Source of the DNA: an uncultured cyanobacterium
Lineage (GTDB): Bacteria > Cyanobacteriota > Cyanobacteriia > CAKZMO01
Direction of reading: 5' to 3'
NCBI GenBank assembly: GCA_963719515.1
Contig: CAVRCJ010000012.1
Span: 1 to 41,079 of the forward strand
Length of the DNA stretch: 41,079 bases
Under the pieces are notes generated by a model. The model had not been told where the DNA came from, did no database searches, and saw nothing but the letters and a program-made list of their open reading frames with translations. Position numbers and translations under genes: made by a program. Of this stretch, positions 1 through 10,759 are shown piece by piece (the stretch's first letter is position 1; each line of letters starts with the position of its first letter).

Positions 1-2
1 GA

Positions 3-1241
3 GGCCGTCTTTTGTTGACGGTGGGCATGTTAATTTTGGTTCGCCTCGGCATCTTTATTCCGGTTCCTGGAATTGACCGGGCTCGGTTTCAGGCCGGTAT
101 CGCTGATAGCGGCTTGGGGGGAATTGTCGGGTTCCTAGACATTTTTTCTGGTGGAGGGCTCTCTCTGCTGGGGGTGTTCGCTCTGGGGATTTTGCCTTAC
201 ATTAACGCCTCGATCATCATGCAGCTGCTGACAGCCGCCATCCCCAGTCTCGAAGATTTGCAAAAGAACGAAGGAGAAGCAGGTCGCCGCAAGATTTCGC
301 AGATTACTCGCTATGTTGCCTTGGGCTGGTCCATTCTGCAGAGTATCGGGATCGCCCTACTAGTGAGCAATTTCGCCGAGGCGGGGCAGAGCCGGCCGGC
401 CTTCATCGCCAGCACCGTTATCGCTTTGGCGGCGGGTTCTATGTTTGTGATGTGGGTGGGTGAGCTGATCACCGAGCGAGGTATCGGTAACGGCGCGTCG
501 CTGCTGATTTTTGTCAACATCGTTTCTACCCTACCCCGCTCCCTTGGCCAGACAATTGACCTGGCCCAGAGCGGCGATCGCAGTCTTGTGGGCGGCGTTG
601 TCGTTCTGATGCTTGTCTTCCTGGTCATGATTGTGGGCATTGTGTTCGTGCAAGAGGGCACGCGCCGAATTCCAATCGTCTCTGCTCGCCGCCAAGTGGG
701 CCGCCGCACTTACCAGGAAAAGAGCAGCTATCTGCCGCTCCGCCTCAATCAGGGGGGGGTGATGCCGATCATTTTTGCATCGGCCGTCTTGATCTTACCG
801 TCTTCGCTGACACAGATTTTCTCTAACGACACGCTATTGAGCGTCGTCAACGCCCTGCGTCCGGGAACCTGGATTTACGTTGTCGTTTATCTGGCACTGA
901 TTCTATTCTTTAGCTATTTTTATGCGTCACTGATCGTTAATCCGGTCGACATGTCGCAGAACTTGAAAAAGATGGGGTCTAGCGTTCCAGGAATTCGTCC
1001 TGGTAAGGCAACCAGTGAATACCTAACGCGGGTCCTAAATCGATTGACCTTCTTGGGCGCAATCTTCCTTGGACTGGTCGCTATCATTCCAACTGCAGTA
1101 GAGGGCGCGACCCGCGTCACAACCTTTCAGGGACTAGGAGCAACCTCGCTGCTAATCCTAGTTGGGGTTGCCATCGATACCGCTAAGCAAGTCCAGACAT
1201 ACGTCATCTCTCAACGGTATGAGGGCATGGTCAAGCAGTAG
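3..1241 (+). CDS. secY: Preprotein translocase SecY (5'-partial, runs off the window start)
   Basis: Motifs FALGILPYINASIIMQLL, GIGNGASLLIF, IRPGKAT and GATSLLILVGV; position in the spc/alpha operon. Confidence 0.99.
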   Translation, partial: GRLLLTVGMLILVRLGIFIPVPGIDRARFQAGIADSGLGGIVGFLDIFSGGGLSLLGVFALGILPYINASIIMQLLTAAIPSLEDLQKNEGEAGRRKISQITRYVALGWSILQSIGIALLVSNFAEAGQSRPAFIASTVIALAAGSMFVMWVGELITERGIGNGASLLIFVNIVSTLPRSLGQTIDLAQSGDRSLVGGVVVLMLVFLVMIVGIVFVQEGTRRIPIVSARRQVGRRTYQEKSSYLPLRLNQGGVMPIIFASAVLILPSSLTQIFSNDTLLSVVNALRPGTWIYVVVYLALILFFSYFYASLIVNPVDMSQNLKKMGSSVPGIRPGKATSEYLTRVLNRLTFLGAIFLGLVAIIPTAVEGATRVTTFQGLGATSLLILVGVAIDTAKQVQTYVISQRYEGMVKQ

Positions 1242-1249
1242 GTCTAGCG

Positions 1250-1279
1250 AGGAGCTCCTCTTCCCTAAAAGGAGCTCCT
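1250..1279. terminator. Inverted repeat/hairpin between secY and infA
   Basis: Self-complementary AGGAGCTCCT at 1250-1259 and again at 1270-1279; no U-tract, function uncertain. Confidence 0.35.
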
Positions 1280-1338
1280 GCGCATCCGAAACCACCTAGA
1301 GAGCAGGACTATTAATTGATCAACGGAGAGATAATCCT

Positions 1339-1566
1339 TTGTCTAAGCAAGACCTGATTGAGATGGAAGGAACGGTGACCGACTCGCTGCCCAACGCAAT
1401 GTTTCGCGTCGACCTCGATAACGGCTTTAACGTACTGGCCCATATTTCCGGCAAAATTCGGCGTAACTACATCAAAATTTTGCCCGGCGATCGCGTCAAG
1501 GTTGAGCTGACGCCCTATGACTTGACTAAAGGGCGCATCACGTATCGACTGAGAAACAAAAAGTAG
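1339..1566 (+). CDS. infA: Translation initiation factor IF-1
   Basis: [13 protein letters not shown] and [21 protein letters not shown] start with GGAG upstream. Confidence 0.99.
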   Translation: MSKQDLIEMEGTVTDSLPNAMFRVDLDNGFNVLAHISGKIRRNYIKILPGDRVKVELTPYDLTKGRITYRLRNKK

Positions 1567-1623
1567 CGCTGACTTGTTTTAGTTCATTTCCCAGAAATTC
1601 CTGCTGTCTGCCGCAGTTTTATT

Positions 1624-1651
1624 TTGAAAGCCTAACTTTTTAGGATATAAT
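1624..1651 (+). promoter_or_regulatory. Sigma70-type promoter upstream of rpmJ
   Basis: TTGAAA (1624-1629), 16-nt spacer, TATAAT (1646-1651). Confidence 0.6.
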
Positions 1652-1680
1652 AGATTGTTCTTTGTCTTGTTAAGCAGATC

Positions 1681-1794
1681 ATGAAGGTCAGACCCTCTGT
1701 CCGTAGAATGTGTGAGAAATGCCGAGTCATTAAACGACGAGGACGTGTGATGGTGATTTGCCCCAACCCTAAGCATAAGCAGCGTCAAGGGTAG
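1681..1794 (+). CDS. rpmJ: 50S ribosomal protein L36 (37 aa, not in the ORF track)
   Basis: Manual translation [37 protein letters not shown]; CxxC..C..H zinc ligands. Confidence 0.99.
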   Translation: MKVRPSVRRMCEKCRVIKRRGRVMVICPNPKHKQRQG

Positions 1795-1833
1795 GCCACA
1801 CCACAGAGTTTTGGAGAAGTTTGGAGGAAAAGC

Positions 1834-2214
1834 ATGGCGCGAATTGCGGGAGTCGACCTCCCAAGGGATAAGCGAGTTGAGATTGGCCTGAGATACATCT
1901 ACGGTATCGGTCCTACGCGATCTAAGCATATTTTAGAGAAAACGGGAGTCAATCCAGATACCCGCATTAAAGACTTGAGCGATGCAGATGTGATCGCACT
2001 GCGCTCAGAGATCGATAGCTATCAGGTCGAGGGCGACTTGAGACGTTTAGAGTCGATGAACATTAAGCGTCTGATTGACATCAGCGCGTACCGGGGCCGA
2101 CGCCATCGACTGGGATTGCCCGTACGCGGCCAGAGAACGAGGACTAACTCGCGCACCCGGCGGGGCGGCGGGCGACGAACCGTTGCCGGCAAGAAAAAGG
2201 CACCTAAGAAGTAG
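1834..2214 (+). CDS. rpsM: 30S ribosomal protein S13
   Basis: [14 protein letters not shown] and [18 protein letters not shown]. Confidence 0.99.
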   Translation: MARIAGVDLPRDKRVEIGLRYIYGIGPTRSKHILEKTGVNPDTRIKDLSDADVIALRSEIDSYQVEGDLRRLESMNIKRLIDISAYRGRRHRLGLPVRGQRTRTNSRTRRGGGRRTVAGKKKAPKK

Positions 2215-2284
2215 AGCATCTGCAGCTTAGGAGAGTAGTTAAAGCTTGATAGCAGTAAAAGAGGCGGCACAACAGTAGGAAACC

Positions 2285-2680
2285 ATGGCAAAGCAACCGA
2301 TGCGAAAGTCAGGGCCGAGGAAGCAAAAGCGCAACGTCCCTAACGGAGTGGCCCACATTCGCTCCACCTTCAACAACACCATCGTGACCATTACAGACGT
2401 CAGCGGTGAAGCCATATCCTGGGCCTCTGCTGGCTCCTCTGGATTCAAGGGTGCCAAGAAGGGGACGCCGTTTGCCGCTCAAACGGCAGCCGAGAGCGCG
2501 GCGCGGCGTGCGATGGATCAGGGAATGCGGCAAATAGAGGTTATGGTCAGTGGTCCCGGATCAGGGCGTGAAACAGCTATTCGTGCTCTGCAGGGGGCTG
2601 GACTGGAGATAACGCTGATTCGAGATGTCACCCCCATTCCTCACAACGGCTGTCGTCCACCAAAGCGCCGCCGCGTCTAG
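2285..2680 (+). CDS. rpsK: 30S ribosomal protein S11
   Basis: STFNNTI and [18 protein letters not shown]. Confidence 0.99.
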   Translation: MAKQPMRKSGPRKQKRNVPNGVAHIRSTFNNTIVTITDVSGEAISWASAGSSGFKGAKKGTPFAAQTAAESAARRAMDQGMRQIEVMVSGPGSGRETAIRALQGAGLEITLIRDVTPIPHNGCRPPKRRRV

Positions 2681-2855
2681 TGAGGTCTATGCTTGCCGAT
2701 GGGCGTACTAGCGGCAGCGCTTGTCCGACACAGCAAGTCCGGACCGCTCTTGACTGGAAGGGTAATGTGCCCGCGATCGCAGATTAGTTAATGAAATCGA
2801 AGCTAGGGCATTTGAGAAAATTTGCCCGCTAGCTTACACCGAGGGAGGCTGCTTG

Positions 2856-3803
2856 ATGGCACAGTTTCAAGTTGAATGCGTAGAATCAGATACTAGCCCC
2901 ACCCAGGGCCTGTTCGGAAAATTTGTAATGGAGCCGCTGGATCGAGGCCAGGGGATTACCGTCGGTAACGCGCTGCGTCGGGTGTTGCTCTCCAATCTCC
3001 AGGGTACCGCGATTACCGCTGTCCGGATCTCCGGCGTGACCCACGAATTTACCACGGTGCCCGGCGTGAGGGAGGATGTTTTAGACATCCTACTCAACAT
3101 GAAGGATGTCGTGCTAAAGAGCTACTCGGCTCAAGCACAGATCGGCCGGCTGTTGATTCAAGGGCCGGTGACCGTGACGGCAGGTCATTTGGACTTGCCC
3201 ACTGAGGTGGAGGTGGTCAATCCGTCTCACTACATCGCCACAGTTGCTGCAGGGGCCACTCTGGAGATGGAATTTCGGGTCGAAGCTGGCGTAGGCTACC
3301 GAGCGGTCGAGCGCAGCTATGACGAGACGGCGGCGCTGGATTTCATGCAGATCGACGCTATTTTTATGCCGGTCCGCAAAGTCAATTATTCTGTCGAAAG
3401 CGCCAGAGTGGGCGGCTCATTGGATCAAGATCGCCTAATTCTCGATATTTGGACCAACGGCAGCCTTACCCCTCAAGACGCCATGAGTCAGGCAGCCAGC
3501 ATCTTGGTGACGCTGTTTGACCCGCTCAAGGACGTCACGATGGTGGCCGATGAGGAGACTGATGCCCCTGAGGAGAATCCTGAGAGCCAGATTCCAATCG
3601 AAGAACTCCAGCTCTCTGTCCGGGCCTACAACTGCCTCAAGCGCGCCCAAATCAACTCTGTAGCGGATTTGCTCGACTACACTCAGGAAGACTTGCTAGA
3701 AATCAAAAATTTCGGAGCCAAGTCTGCAGAAGAGGTCATCGAGGCGCTGCAGGAGCGACTAGGGATTACGCTTCCCCACGAGAAATCGTCCAAGCCTGGC
3801 TAA
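2856..3803 (+). CDS. rpoA: RNA polymerase alpha subunit
   Basis: GITVGNALRRVLLS and LSVRAYNCLKRA; GGGAGG RBS upstream of ATG 2856. Confidence 0.99.
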   Translation: MAQFQVECVESDTSPTQGLFGKFVMEPLDRGQGITVGNALRRVLLSNLQGTAITAVRISGVTHEFTTVPGVREDVLDILLNMKDVVLKSYSAQAQIGRLLIQGPVTVTAGHLDLPTEVEVVNPSHYIATVAAGATLEMEFRVEAGVGYRAVERSYDETAALDFMQIDAIFMPVRKVNYSVESARVGGSLDQDRLILDIWTNGSLTPQDAMSQAASILVTLFDPLKDVTMVADEETDAPEENPESQIPIEELQLSVRAYNCLKRAQINSVADLLDYTQEDLLEIKNFGAKSAEEVIEALQERLGITLPHEKSSKPG

Positions 3804-3881
3804 CCCGTAGGTTTGCAGTTGCCCCTCTAAGTCAAAATCTAAGCTCAAATTGCTGTTTCTTTTCCCTTCTTTAGTAGAGTC

Positions 3882-4232
3882 ATGCGTCATAGTCGTCGTG
3901 TTCATCAACTTGGCAAACCTGCCGACCAGCGTCGCGCCATGCTGCGAGCGCTAACCACCCAGCTTATTCGCCATGGTCGCGTCAAGACCACCAAGGCCAG
4001 GGCGCGCGCCGTTCGCGAGACCGCCGATCGGATGATCACCCTGGCTAAGGATGGCTCTTTGGCAGCCCGCCGCCGCGCTATGGGTTACATGTACGACAAG
4101 GACCTAGTCCATGCCCTATTTGAGGGCGCTGCGGAGCGCTACAGCGAGCGAAATGGGGGGTATACCCGCGTCGTTCGCACCATTCGTCGGCGTGGCGATA
4201 ATGCCGAAATGGCCATCATTGAGCTGACCTAA
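3882..4232 (+). CDS. rplQ: 50S ribosomal protein L17
   Basis: MRH...GGYTR...[13 protein letters not shown]. Confidence 0.99.
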   Translation: MRHSRRVHQLGKPADQRRAMLRALTTQLIRHGRVKTTKARARAVRETADRMITLAKDGSLAARRRAMGYMYDKDLVHALFEGAAERYSERNGGYTRVVRTIRRRGDNAEMAIIELT

Positions 4233-4236
4233 AACT

Positions 4237-5112
4237 ATGGTTCATGCCCCGTCCCACGACGCCTCGGCCTCTGACGGTGCTGCTTTAATCGAGCAGCACC
4301 GTCGGATTGCCTTGGTGATTCAGTACGTGGGAACGCATTACCACGGATGGCAGCGACAGCCTCACCACATCAGCGTGCAGGAAGTCATCGAGACAGTTCT
4401 CCGCGATTTTCTAGAGAATGCTGTCGTGATTCACGCCGCCGGACGTACTGATTCGGGGGTGCATGCCGCCGCTCAAATCGCTCACTTTGATGCGCCTTCC
4501 CACATACCAGCCCACCGCTGGGCCAGCATCCTCAACGGTCGTCTGCCAAAAGACATCGTCGTTCGAGCGTCTGCAGAGGTGCCTGCGAGCTGGCACGCCC
4601 GGTTCTCCGCTCTCTGGCGACGATATCGCTACACTATCTATACGGACCGCTACCCCAACCTGTTTGTGCGGCCCTTTAGTTGGCACTACTACCGTGAGCC
4701 GATCGACGCAGGGAAGATCAGCGCAGCGCTGCAGCCCCTATTGGGCCGGCACCACCTAGCCGCCTTTCACCGGGCAGGGTCAGATCGGCCTCACTCTTGG
4801 GTTGATGTTCAAGAGACCCTGTGCGAGCGCAGCGGCCCGTTTGTTCGAGTAGAGCTGCAGGCCAGCGGTTTTCTGTACGGCATGGTGCGGTTGCTGGTTG
4901 GCATGCTGGTGGATGTGGGCTGCGGGCGGCGATCGCTGGCCTCGTTCCGCGATATTTGGCAGTTCGAGCGGCGCGACCAAGTCAAGTATGCCGCTCCACC
5001 CCAGGGGCTTTGCTTGCTCAGGGTGGGGTATCCTGAGGTTCCCTTCTCTTCAGAACTTTGGTATGATACACAGCCGCTGTTCACGCTGTCCGCTCCGGTA
5101 CCGTCCGCCTAG
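4237..5112 (+). CDS. truA: tRNA pseudouridine(38-40) synthase
   Basis: YHGWQRQ, AGRTDSGVHA, WHARFSA, GFLYGMVR. Confidence 0.98.
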   Translation: MVHAPSHDASASDGAALIEQHRRIALVIQYVGTHYHGWQRQPHHISVQEVIETVLRDFLENAVVIHAAGRTDSGVHAAAQIAHFDAPSHIPAHRWASILNGRLPKDIVVRASAEVPASWHARFSALWRRYRYTIYTDRYPNLFVRPFSWHYYREPIDAGKISAALQPLLGRHHLAAFHRAGSDRPHSWVDVQETLCERSGPFVRVELQASGFLYGMVRLLVGMLVDVGCGRRSLASFRDIWQFERRDQVKYAAPPQGLCLLRVGYPEVPFSSELWYDTQPLFTLSAPVPSA

Positions 5113-5199
5113 TGGAGAGCTCTAGTCCATGACGACACTTGCCCGCAGCGATCGCTAGCTCTAACCCCCAGCCTTATTCCAACCTACACCCGTTAACCC

Positions 5200-5670
5200 A
5201 TGAATACAGCCACCCCAAACAAAACGTACACTCCCCCAGTAGATGCTTTCGAGCAAAACTGGTACATCGTCGACGCCGCTGACCAACGCTTAGGCCGGCT
5301 TGCGACCACCATCGCCAGCATTCTCAGAGGTAAGACAAAGCCTATTTACTCCCCCCATATGGATACGGGAGACTTTGTTGTCGTCATCAACGCAGAAAAG
5401 ATCAGCGTCACCGGCCGCAAGCGCGAGCAGAAGCTCTATCGTCGGCACTCTGGTCGTCCTGGCGGAATGAAGGAAGAGACCTTTGAGAAGCTGCAGGCGC
5501 GAGTTCCCGAGCGAATTATCGAGCAGGCTGTCCGGGGAATGCTTCCAAAAAATGCCCTGGGCCGTAAGCTGTTCACCAAGCTTAAGGTCTACGCTGGGCC
5601 GGACCATCCCCATGATGCTCAAAAGCCAGAGATTCTCAACGTCAACACCATTCCTACAGGAGATCAGTAA
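5200..5670 (+). CDS. rplM: 50S ribosomal protein L13
   Basis: LGRLAT...[11 protein letters not shown] and RHSGRPGG. Confidence 0.99.
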   Translation: MNTATPNKTYTPPVDAFEQNWYIVDAADQRLGRLATTIASILRGKTKPIYSPHMDTGDFVVVINAEKISVTGRKREQKLYRRHSGRPGGMKEETFEKLQARVPERIIEQAVRGMLPKNALGRKLFTKLKVYAGPDHPHDAQKPEILNVNTIPTGDQ

Positions 5671-6083
5671 TGCAAGCAGAAGATAGAGCAGGGCGCGCCG
5701 TCTACTGGGGTACGGGCCGACGCAAGTCTTCAGTCGCCCGGGTGCGCCTCGTTCCAGGTAGCGGCCAGATCATTATCAACAATCGTCCCGGCGAAGAATA
5801 CCTCCAGTTCAACCACGGCTACCTTGCTGCGGCCAAAGCGCCGCTAGAGACCCTAGGACTAGAATCGGAGTACGACATCCTGGTTAACGCCCACGGCGGT
5901 GGTCTGACTGGTCAAGCCGGTTCCATTAAGCTGGGAGTCGCTCGGGCACTGTGCGAACTCGACCCAGAGAACCGCAAGCCGCTCAAAGTTGAGGGTTACC
6001 TGACTCGCGACCCTCGAGCTAAAGAGCGGAAGAAGTACGGCCTGCACAAAGCCCGTAAAGCGCCTCAGTTCTCTAAGCGCTAA
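5670..6083 (+). CDS. rpsI: 30S ribosomal protein S9
   Basis: [12 protein letters not shown] and [19 protein letters not shown]. Confidence 0.99.
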   Translation: MQAEDRAGRAVYWGTGRRKSSVARVRLVPGSGQIIINNRPGEEYLQFNHGYLAAAKAPLETLGLESEYDILVNAHGGGLTGQAGSIKLGVARALCELDPENRKPLKVEGYLTRDPRAKERKKYGLHKARKAPQFSKR

Positions 6084-6151
6084 CCTCAAGCCCCTAGAGC
6101 TTCGGCAGCGCATCTATAAATTCTGTTCAACGATTTTCCATACCCAGACCC

Positions 6152-6451
6152 ATGCCTAAGTCAGATCTTCATCCAAAATGGTACCCAGAGGCCAAGGTTT
6201 ACTGTAACGGTGAGCTTGTTACCACTGTAGGTTCTACCAAGCCAGAGCTACATGTCGACGTTTGGTCGGGGAATCACCCCTTCTTCACCGGAACGCAGAA
6301 AATCATCGACACCGAGGGCCGAGTTGAACGCTTCTTGCGCAAGTACGGTATGGTAGACCCCTCCCAGGCTCCGCCGGATAATGCTGCTAAAGACGATGCT
6401 GCTAAAGACGATGCTGCTGAAGACGCTGCCAAAGGTGACGCTGAGTCATAG
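6152..6451 (+). CDS. rpmE: 50S ribosomal protein L31 with an acidic repeat tail
   Basis: HPKWY and DVWSGNHPFFTG...GRVERF. Confidence 0.98.
   Translation: MPKSDLHPKWYPEAKVYCNGELVTTVGSTKPELHVDVWSGNHPFFTGTQKIIDTEGRVERFLRKYGMVDPSQAPPDNAAKDDAAKDDAAEDAAKGDAES
6377..6421 (+). repeat. 15-nt tandem repeat (3 units) in the rpmE 3' end
   Basis: gataatgctgctaaa / gacgatgctgctaaa / gacgatgctgctgaa. Confidence 0.85.
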
Positions 6452-6457
6452 GCTCTG

Positions 6458-6505
6458 CCCAACGCGATCGCTCTTTCCTGTACGGTGTGGGGCGATCGCG
6501 TTGGG
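6458..6505. repeat. 14-bp inverted repeat with HIP1 in both arms (rpmE-prfA intergenic)
   Basis: CCCAACGCGATCGC at 6458-6471 and GCGATCGCGTTGGG at 6492-6505. Confidence 0.8.
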
Positions 6506-6560
6506 TCAGCTCTGCGCAACCGCTCCAATCTGACAAACTGTTGACACAAAGAGTTCTGGT

Positions 6561-7670
6561 ATGGCTGAGTCCTACATGTTGGAAAAGCTCAAGTCTGTAG
6601 AGCAGACGTTTGAGGAGCTGACGCGACGTTTGGCAGATCCAGATGTGGCCTCAAACCCAGCCGAGTTTCAGCAGATTGCGACGGCGCGGGCTTCTTTGGA
6701 GGAGACCGTAATCACCTTCAACGAGTGGAAAGCGTCCGAAGAGGAGCTGACCGGAGCGCAAGAGGTGCTCAAAGAGGCCTCAAGCGACCCTGAGCTGCGC
6801 CAAATGGCAGACCTAGAGGTGAAAGAGCTTGAGGCTCGCATTGAGCAGCTCGAAGACCGCCTCAAGCTGCTGCTGCTGCCCCGCGACCCCAACGACGACA
6901 AAAACATCATGCTGGAGATTCGCGCCGGCACGGGGGGCGACGAAGCCGGGATTTGGGCTGGCGACTTGGTGCGCATGTATTCTCGCTACGCCGAGGGCCA
7001 AAGCTGGCAGGTGAAGCTCGTGAGCGAGTCGACGGCAGACATGGGCGGCTTCAAAGAAGCCATTCTGGAAATTCGCGGCGACCAGGTCTACAGCAAGCTT
7101 AAGTTTGAAGCGGGCGTGCATCGGGTGCAGCGAGTGCCCCTGACTGAAGGCGGTGGCCGGGTCCATACCTCTACCGCGACGGTGGCCGTAATGCCTGAGG
7201 TGGACGACGTTGAGGTGCATATCGACGCGAAGGACATCGACATGAGCACGGCGCGTTCGGGCGGCGCGGGGGGGCAGAACGTCAACAAGGTAGAGACGGC
7301 AGTTGACCTGTTCCACAAGCCCACCGGCATCCGCATCTTTTGTACCGAAGAGCGATCGCAGCTGCAAAACCGGGAGCGAGCCATGCAGATTTTGCGGGCG
7401 AAGCTCTACGAACTTCAGCTTCAAGAGCAGCAGGCTGAGATTACTTCTCGGCGGCGATCGCAGGTGGGAACAGGATCACGCTCCGAGAAAATTCGCACCT
7501 ACAACTACAAGGACAACCGCGCTACAGACCACCGGCTGGGGGAGAACTACACCCTCACCAGCATTCTAGAAGGTGAGATCGACCCCGTTATTCAAGCCTG
7601 CATTTCCCAAGACCAGCAGGAGCAGCTTCAGGAGCTGGCGGCCTCTTCCACCTCACCTTCAGCGGTCTAG
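6561..7670 (+). CDS. prfA: Peptide chain release factor 1
   Basis: GGQ motif; PLT (PxT) anticodon tripeptide; SEKIRTYN. Confidence 0.99.
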   Translation: MAESYMLEKLKSVEQTFEELTRRLADPDVASNPAEFQQIATARASLEETVITFNEWKASEEELTGAQEVLKEASSDPELRQMADLEVKELEARIEQLEDRLKLLLLPRDPNDDKNIMLEIRAGTGGDEAGIWAGDLVRMYSRYAEGQSWQVKLVSESTADMGGFKEAILEIRGDQVYSKLKFEAGVHRVQRVPLTEGGGRVHTSTATVAVMPEVDDVEVHIDAKDIDMSTARSGGAGGQNVNKVETAVDLFHKPTGIRIFCTEERSQLQNRERAMQILRAKLYELQLQEQQAEITSRRRSQVGTGSRSEKIRTYNYKDNRATDHRLGENYTLTSILEGEIDPVIQACISQDQQEQLQELAASSTSPSAV

Positions 7671-7703
7671 CCCTTCCACCCCCACCTTCACCTCAAACAA
7701 GCC

Positions 7704-8960
7704 ATGGCGCGTTTTCTCCACATCGCCGACATTCACCTAGGGTTCAACCGCTACGACTGCCCCGAGCGCACCAAAGACTTTTTTTACACCCTCTACGATG
7801 TGCTGAAGATTCACGCCGTCGAGGCCCAGGTTGACTTTGTGGCGATCGCCGGGGACCTCTTCGAGCACCGCAATATTCAGCCCGCCACCCTCAACCAGGC
7901 GCAAAAATGTTTGCGCTTGCTTCAGGATGCCGATATCCCCGCCGTTGCTATCGAGGGTAATCACGACAACCGTCCCTACGGCACTAACACCAACTGGCTG
8001 CGCTACTTAGCCGACTGGGGGCTGCTAATTCTGCTAGAGCCGACGGAAGATGGAGAAACCATCTACGAGCCCTGGGCCCCCCAGACTCGGCGCGGCGGCT
8101 ACATTGACTTAAGCTGCGGCGTCAGGGTTTTGGGAAGCCACTGGTACGGCGCTGCCGCCCCCAACGCTATTGGGAAGCTGGCAGAGGCGATCGCCCAGCT
8201 TCCCAAAACCGTAGACCACACCGTGATGCTGTTTCATCATGGATTGGAGGGCCAGGTGGCTCGCTACGCCGGAGCTCTGCGCTACGGTGACCTAGCGCCC
8301 CTCAAGCAAGCGGGGGTCGACTACCTGGCTTTGGGCCACATTCATAAGCAGTACTGCGCCGAAAATTGGATCTTCAATCCCGGCTCTTTAGAGGCCAACA
8401 GTATTGAGGAGAGCGGTTATACTCGCGGCGCTTACGCAGTTGAGCTGAATTCAGAAGGGATTCAGGCGGAGCTACGGCGCAACTACCGGCAGCGAGCCAT
8501 CGTCAGATTGCAGCTGCAAACGCGGGGCAAAGAAACCGCTGACGATTTGGCCGAAGCCGCCCAGATTTTAGTGAAGGCGGCGATCGCAGACGGCAAGCTT
8601 GATCCCCAGCAGCAGCCAATCACCGAGCTGCGCATAGAAGGCGCTGTGGGCTTTGATCCCCTGGAGCTAGACGTGCGCCAGCTCCAGCAGCAGCTCCAGG
8701 AAGCCAGCCAGTCCCTAATCTTTTTGCTGCGCTACAGCGTCGATGCGATCGCTTACCACACCCCCCTGCCCGATGGCGATCGGCTGCAGATTGAGCAAGA
8801 GACCTACCGAGATTTGGTGACGGCCCACAACAGCTATAAGCGGCAGGCCGACCGCCTTGTAACCGGTTTAGTAGGGCTACAGGAACTGACCTTGGAGGAC
8901 CGCCCTGACGACGAACTTTACCAATTTTTGGACCAGCTGCTAGAGCAGCCCAGCGCTTAG
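7704..8960 (+). CDS. sbcD: SbcD/Mre11-family DNA repair exonuclease
   Basis: Metallophosphoesterase motifs DIHLG, GDLFE, GNHD, LGHIH, NPGS. Confidence 0.85.
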   Translation: MARFLHIADIHLGFNRYDCPERTKDFFYTLYDVLKIHAVEAQVDFVAIAGDLFEHRNIQPATLNQAQKCLRLLQDADIPAVAIEGNHDNRPYGTNTNWLRYLADWGLLILLEPTEDGETIYEPWAPQTRRGGYIDLSCGVRVLGSHWYGAAAPNAIGKLAEAIAQLPKTVDHTVMLFHHGLEGQVARYAGALRYGDLAPLKQAGVDYLALGHIHKQYCAENWIFNPGSLEANSIEESGYTRGAYAVELNSEGIQAELRRNYRQRAIVRLQLQTRGKETADDLAEAAQILVKAAIADGKLDPQQQPITELRIEGAVGFDPLELDVRQLQQQLQEASQSLIFLLRYSVDAIAYHTPLPDGDRLQIEQETYRDLVTAHNSYKRQADRLVTGLVGLQELTLEDRPDDELYQFLDQLLEQPSA

Positions 8961-9055
8961 CTCAGCTGAGTTGAGCCGGTTGCCCAAAATCATCATCTCG
9001 AAATGTTAAGCTGAACCCAAGTTTGGTGAAAAATAGCGGTGGGTAGAGGTAGAGC

Positions 9056-10759
9056 ATGCTGCGGTTAGAGAGCATTAGTAAAATTTATCCCACTGGCGAA
9101 GTCCTTAAGGACGTAAATTGGGAAGTTACTCCAGGAAATCGGGTTGGGCTTGTGGGCGCTAACGGTGCGGGCAAATCCACGCAGCTGCGCATTATCACCG
9201 GGGAAGAAGAGCCCACATCGGGGGAAATTATTCGCCCCAGCCAGCTGAGAATCGCCTACCTGACCCAAGAGTTTGACGTCGATCTTGAGAAGACAGTGCG
9301 CTCAGAGCTGTGGACTGTCTTTAAGCGGGCCAACCAAATTCAAGAGGGGATGGCCGACGTCCAGGTCCGCATGGAGCAGGCGGATATGAACGAGCTAGAC
9401 GATTTAATTCACCAACTCGACCGGCTGCAGCGGGAGTTTGAGGCGCTCAATGGCTACGGCTTAGAGGCCCGCATCGAGAAGATACTGCCCGAAGTAGGGT
9501 TTGCTCCTGGCGCTGGGGATCAGCTCGTGGGCTCCTTTAGTGGCGGCTGGCAGATGCGCATCAGCTTGGCTAAAATCCTGCTGCAGGAGCCCGATATTCT
9601 GCTGCTGGACGAGCCTACCAACCATCTAGATATTGCTACCGTTGAATGGCTAGAAGGCTACCTAAAAAGCTTGACCACCCCTATGGTGGTCATCTCCCAC
9701 GACCGTGAATTTCTCGATCGCCTCTGCACGCAGATTGTGGAAACGGAGCGGGGAGTCACCACCACCTATCTCGGCAACTACAGCCGCTACATTGAGCAAA
9801 AGCAGGAGCTGCGCCAGGCCCAGCTGAGCACCTACGAGCGTCAAGGAAAAGAGCTGGCCAAGCAGCAGGCCTTTGTCGAAAAGTTTCGCGCCAGCGCCAC
9901 CCGCAGTACCCAGGCGAAAAGCCGCGAAAAGCAGCTAGAGAAGATCGAGCGGGTTGAGGCTCCTGTGGGCGATGTCAAGTCCCTGCGGTTCCGCTTTCCC
10001 CCCTCACCGCGCAGCGGGCGTGAGGTGGTGACGATTGAGGATATGACCCACCTTTATGACGACAAGATTTTATTCTTAGGGGCTAGCCTGCTGATCGAGC
10101 GGGGCGATCGCATTGCCATTCTCGGACCCAACGGCGCGGGAAAATCGACATTGCTGCGGCTGATCATGGGCATTGAGACGCCGGCTGAAGGCACCGCCAA
10201 GATCGGGGAGCACAACGTTATCGCAGGCTACTTCGAGCAAAACCAGGCGGAAGCGCTAAACCTAGATAAAACCGTCTTGAGTACTATTCACGACGAAGTG
10301 CCCGACTGGCTAGACCGCGACGTTCGCAGCCTTCTAGGGCAGTTCCTATTTAGCAAAGACACGGTCCAAAAGCGCGTCGAGGCCTTGAGCGGCGGCGAGA
10401 AAGCGCGGCTCGCCCTAGCTAAAATGCTGCTGCAGCCGACGAATTTACTGGTTCTTGACGAACCGACCAATCACCTTGATATTTCTGCAAAGGAGATGCT
10501 GGAAGAAGCAATCCAGCACTACGATGGGAGCGTAGTCGTCGTATCTCACGATCGCTACTTTATTTCAAAGATTGCCAACAAGATAGTCGAAATCAGGGAC
10601 GGTGACTTTCGCATCTATCGGGGTGGGTATCAATACTATCTAGACAAAATCGCTGAAGAGAGAGAGCGTGCGAGGTTAGAGGCGCTTGAAGCGCAAAAGG
10701 CACAAAAGACCGCCGCGAAACGGGAAAAGCAGCGGCAGAAAAAAGCCTCTAAAAAATAA
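9056..10759 (+). CDS. ABC-F family ATP-binding protein
   Basis: Two ABC cassettes (GANGAGKST / GPNGAGKST, SGG signatures, DEPTNHLD twice), no TM segments. Confidence 0.95.
   Translation: MLRLESISKIYPTGEVLKDVNWEVTPGNRVGLVGANGAGKSTQLRIITGEEEPTSGEIIRPSQLRIAYLTQEFDVDLEKTVRSELWTVFKRANQIQEGMADVQVRMEQADMNELDDLIHQLDRLQREFEALNGYGLEARIEKILPEVGFAPGAGDQLVGSFSGGWQMRISLAKILLQEPDILLLDEPTNHLDIATVEWLEGYLKSLTTPMVVISHDREFLDRLCTQIVETERGVTTTYLGNYSRYIEQKQELRQAQLSTYERQGKELAKQQAFVEKFRASATRSTQAKSREKQLEKIERVEAPVGDVKSLRFRFPPSPRSGREVVTIEDMTHLYDDKILFLGASLLIERGDRIAILGPNGAGKSTLLRLIMGIETPAEGTAKIGEHNVIAGYFEQNQAEALNLDKTVLSTIHDEVPDWLDRDVRSLLGQFLFSKDTVQKRVEALSGGEKARLALAKMLLQPTNLLVLDEPTNHLDISAKEMLEEAIQHYDGSVVVVSHDRYFISKIANKIVEIRDGDFRIYRGGYQYYLDKIAEERERARLEALEAQKAQKTAAKREKQRQKKASKK

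Noticed and set aside
1579..1929. 116-aa minus-strand ORF and other antisense ORFs in the track
   Set aside because: Shadows of real genes on the opposite strand (here rpmJ/rpsM)
7704..8960. SbcD-like gene without adjacent sbcC as a novel defence nuclease
   Set aside because: Unlinked sbcC/sbcD is common in cyanobacteria and the context is housekeeping
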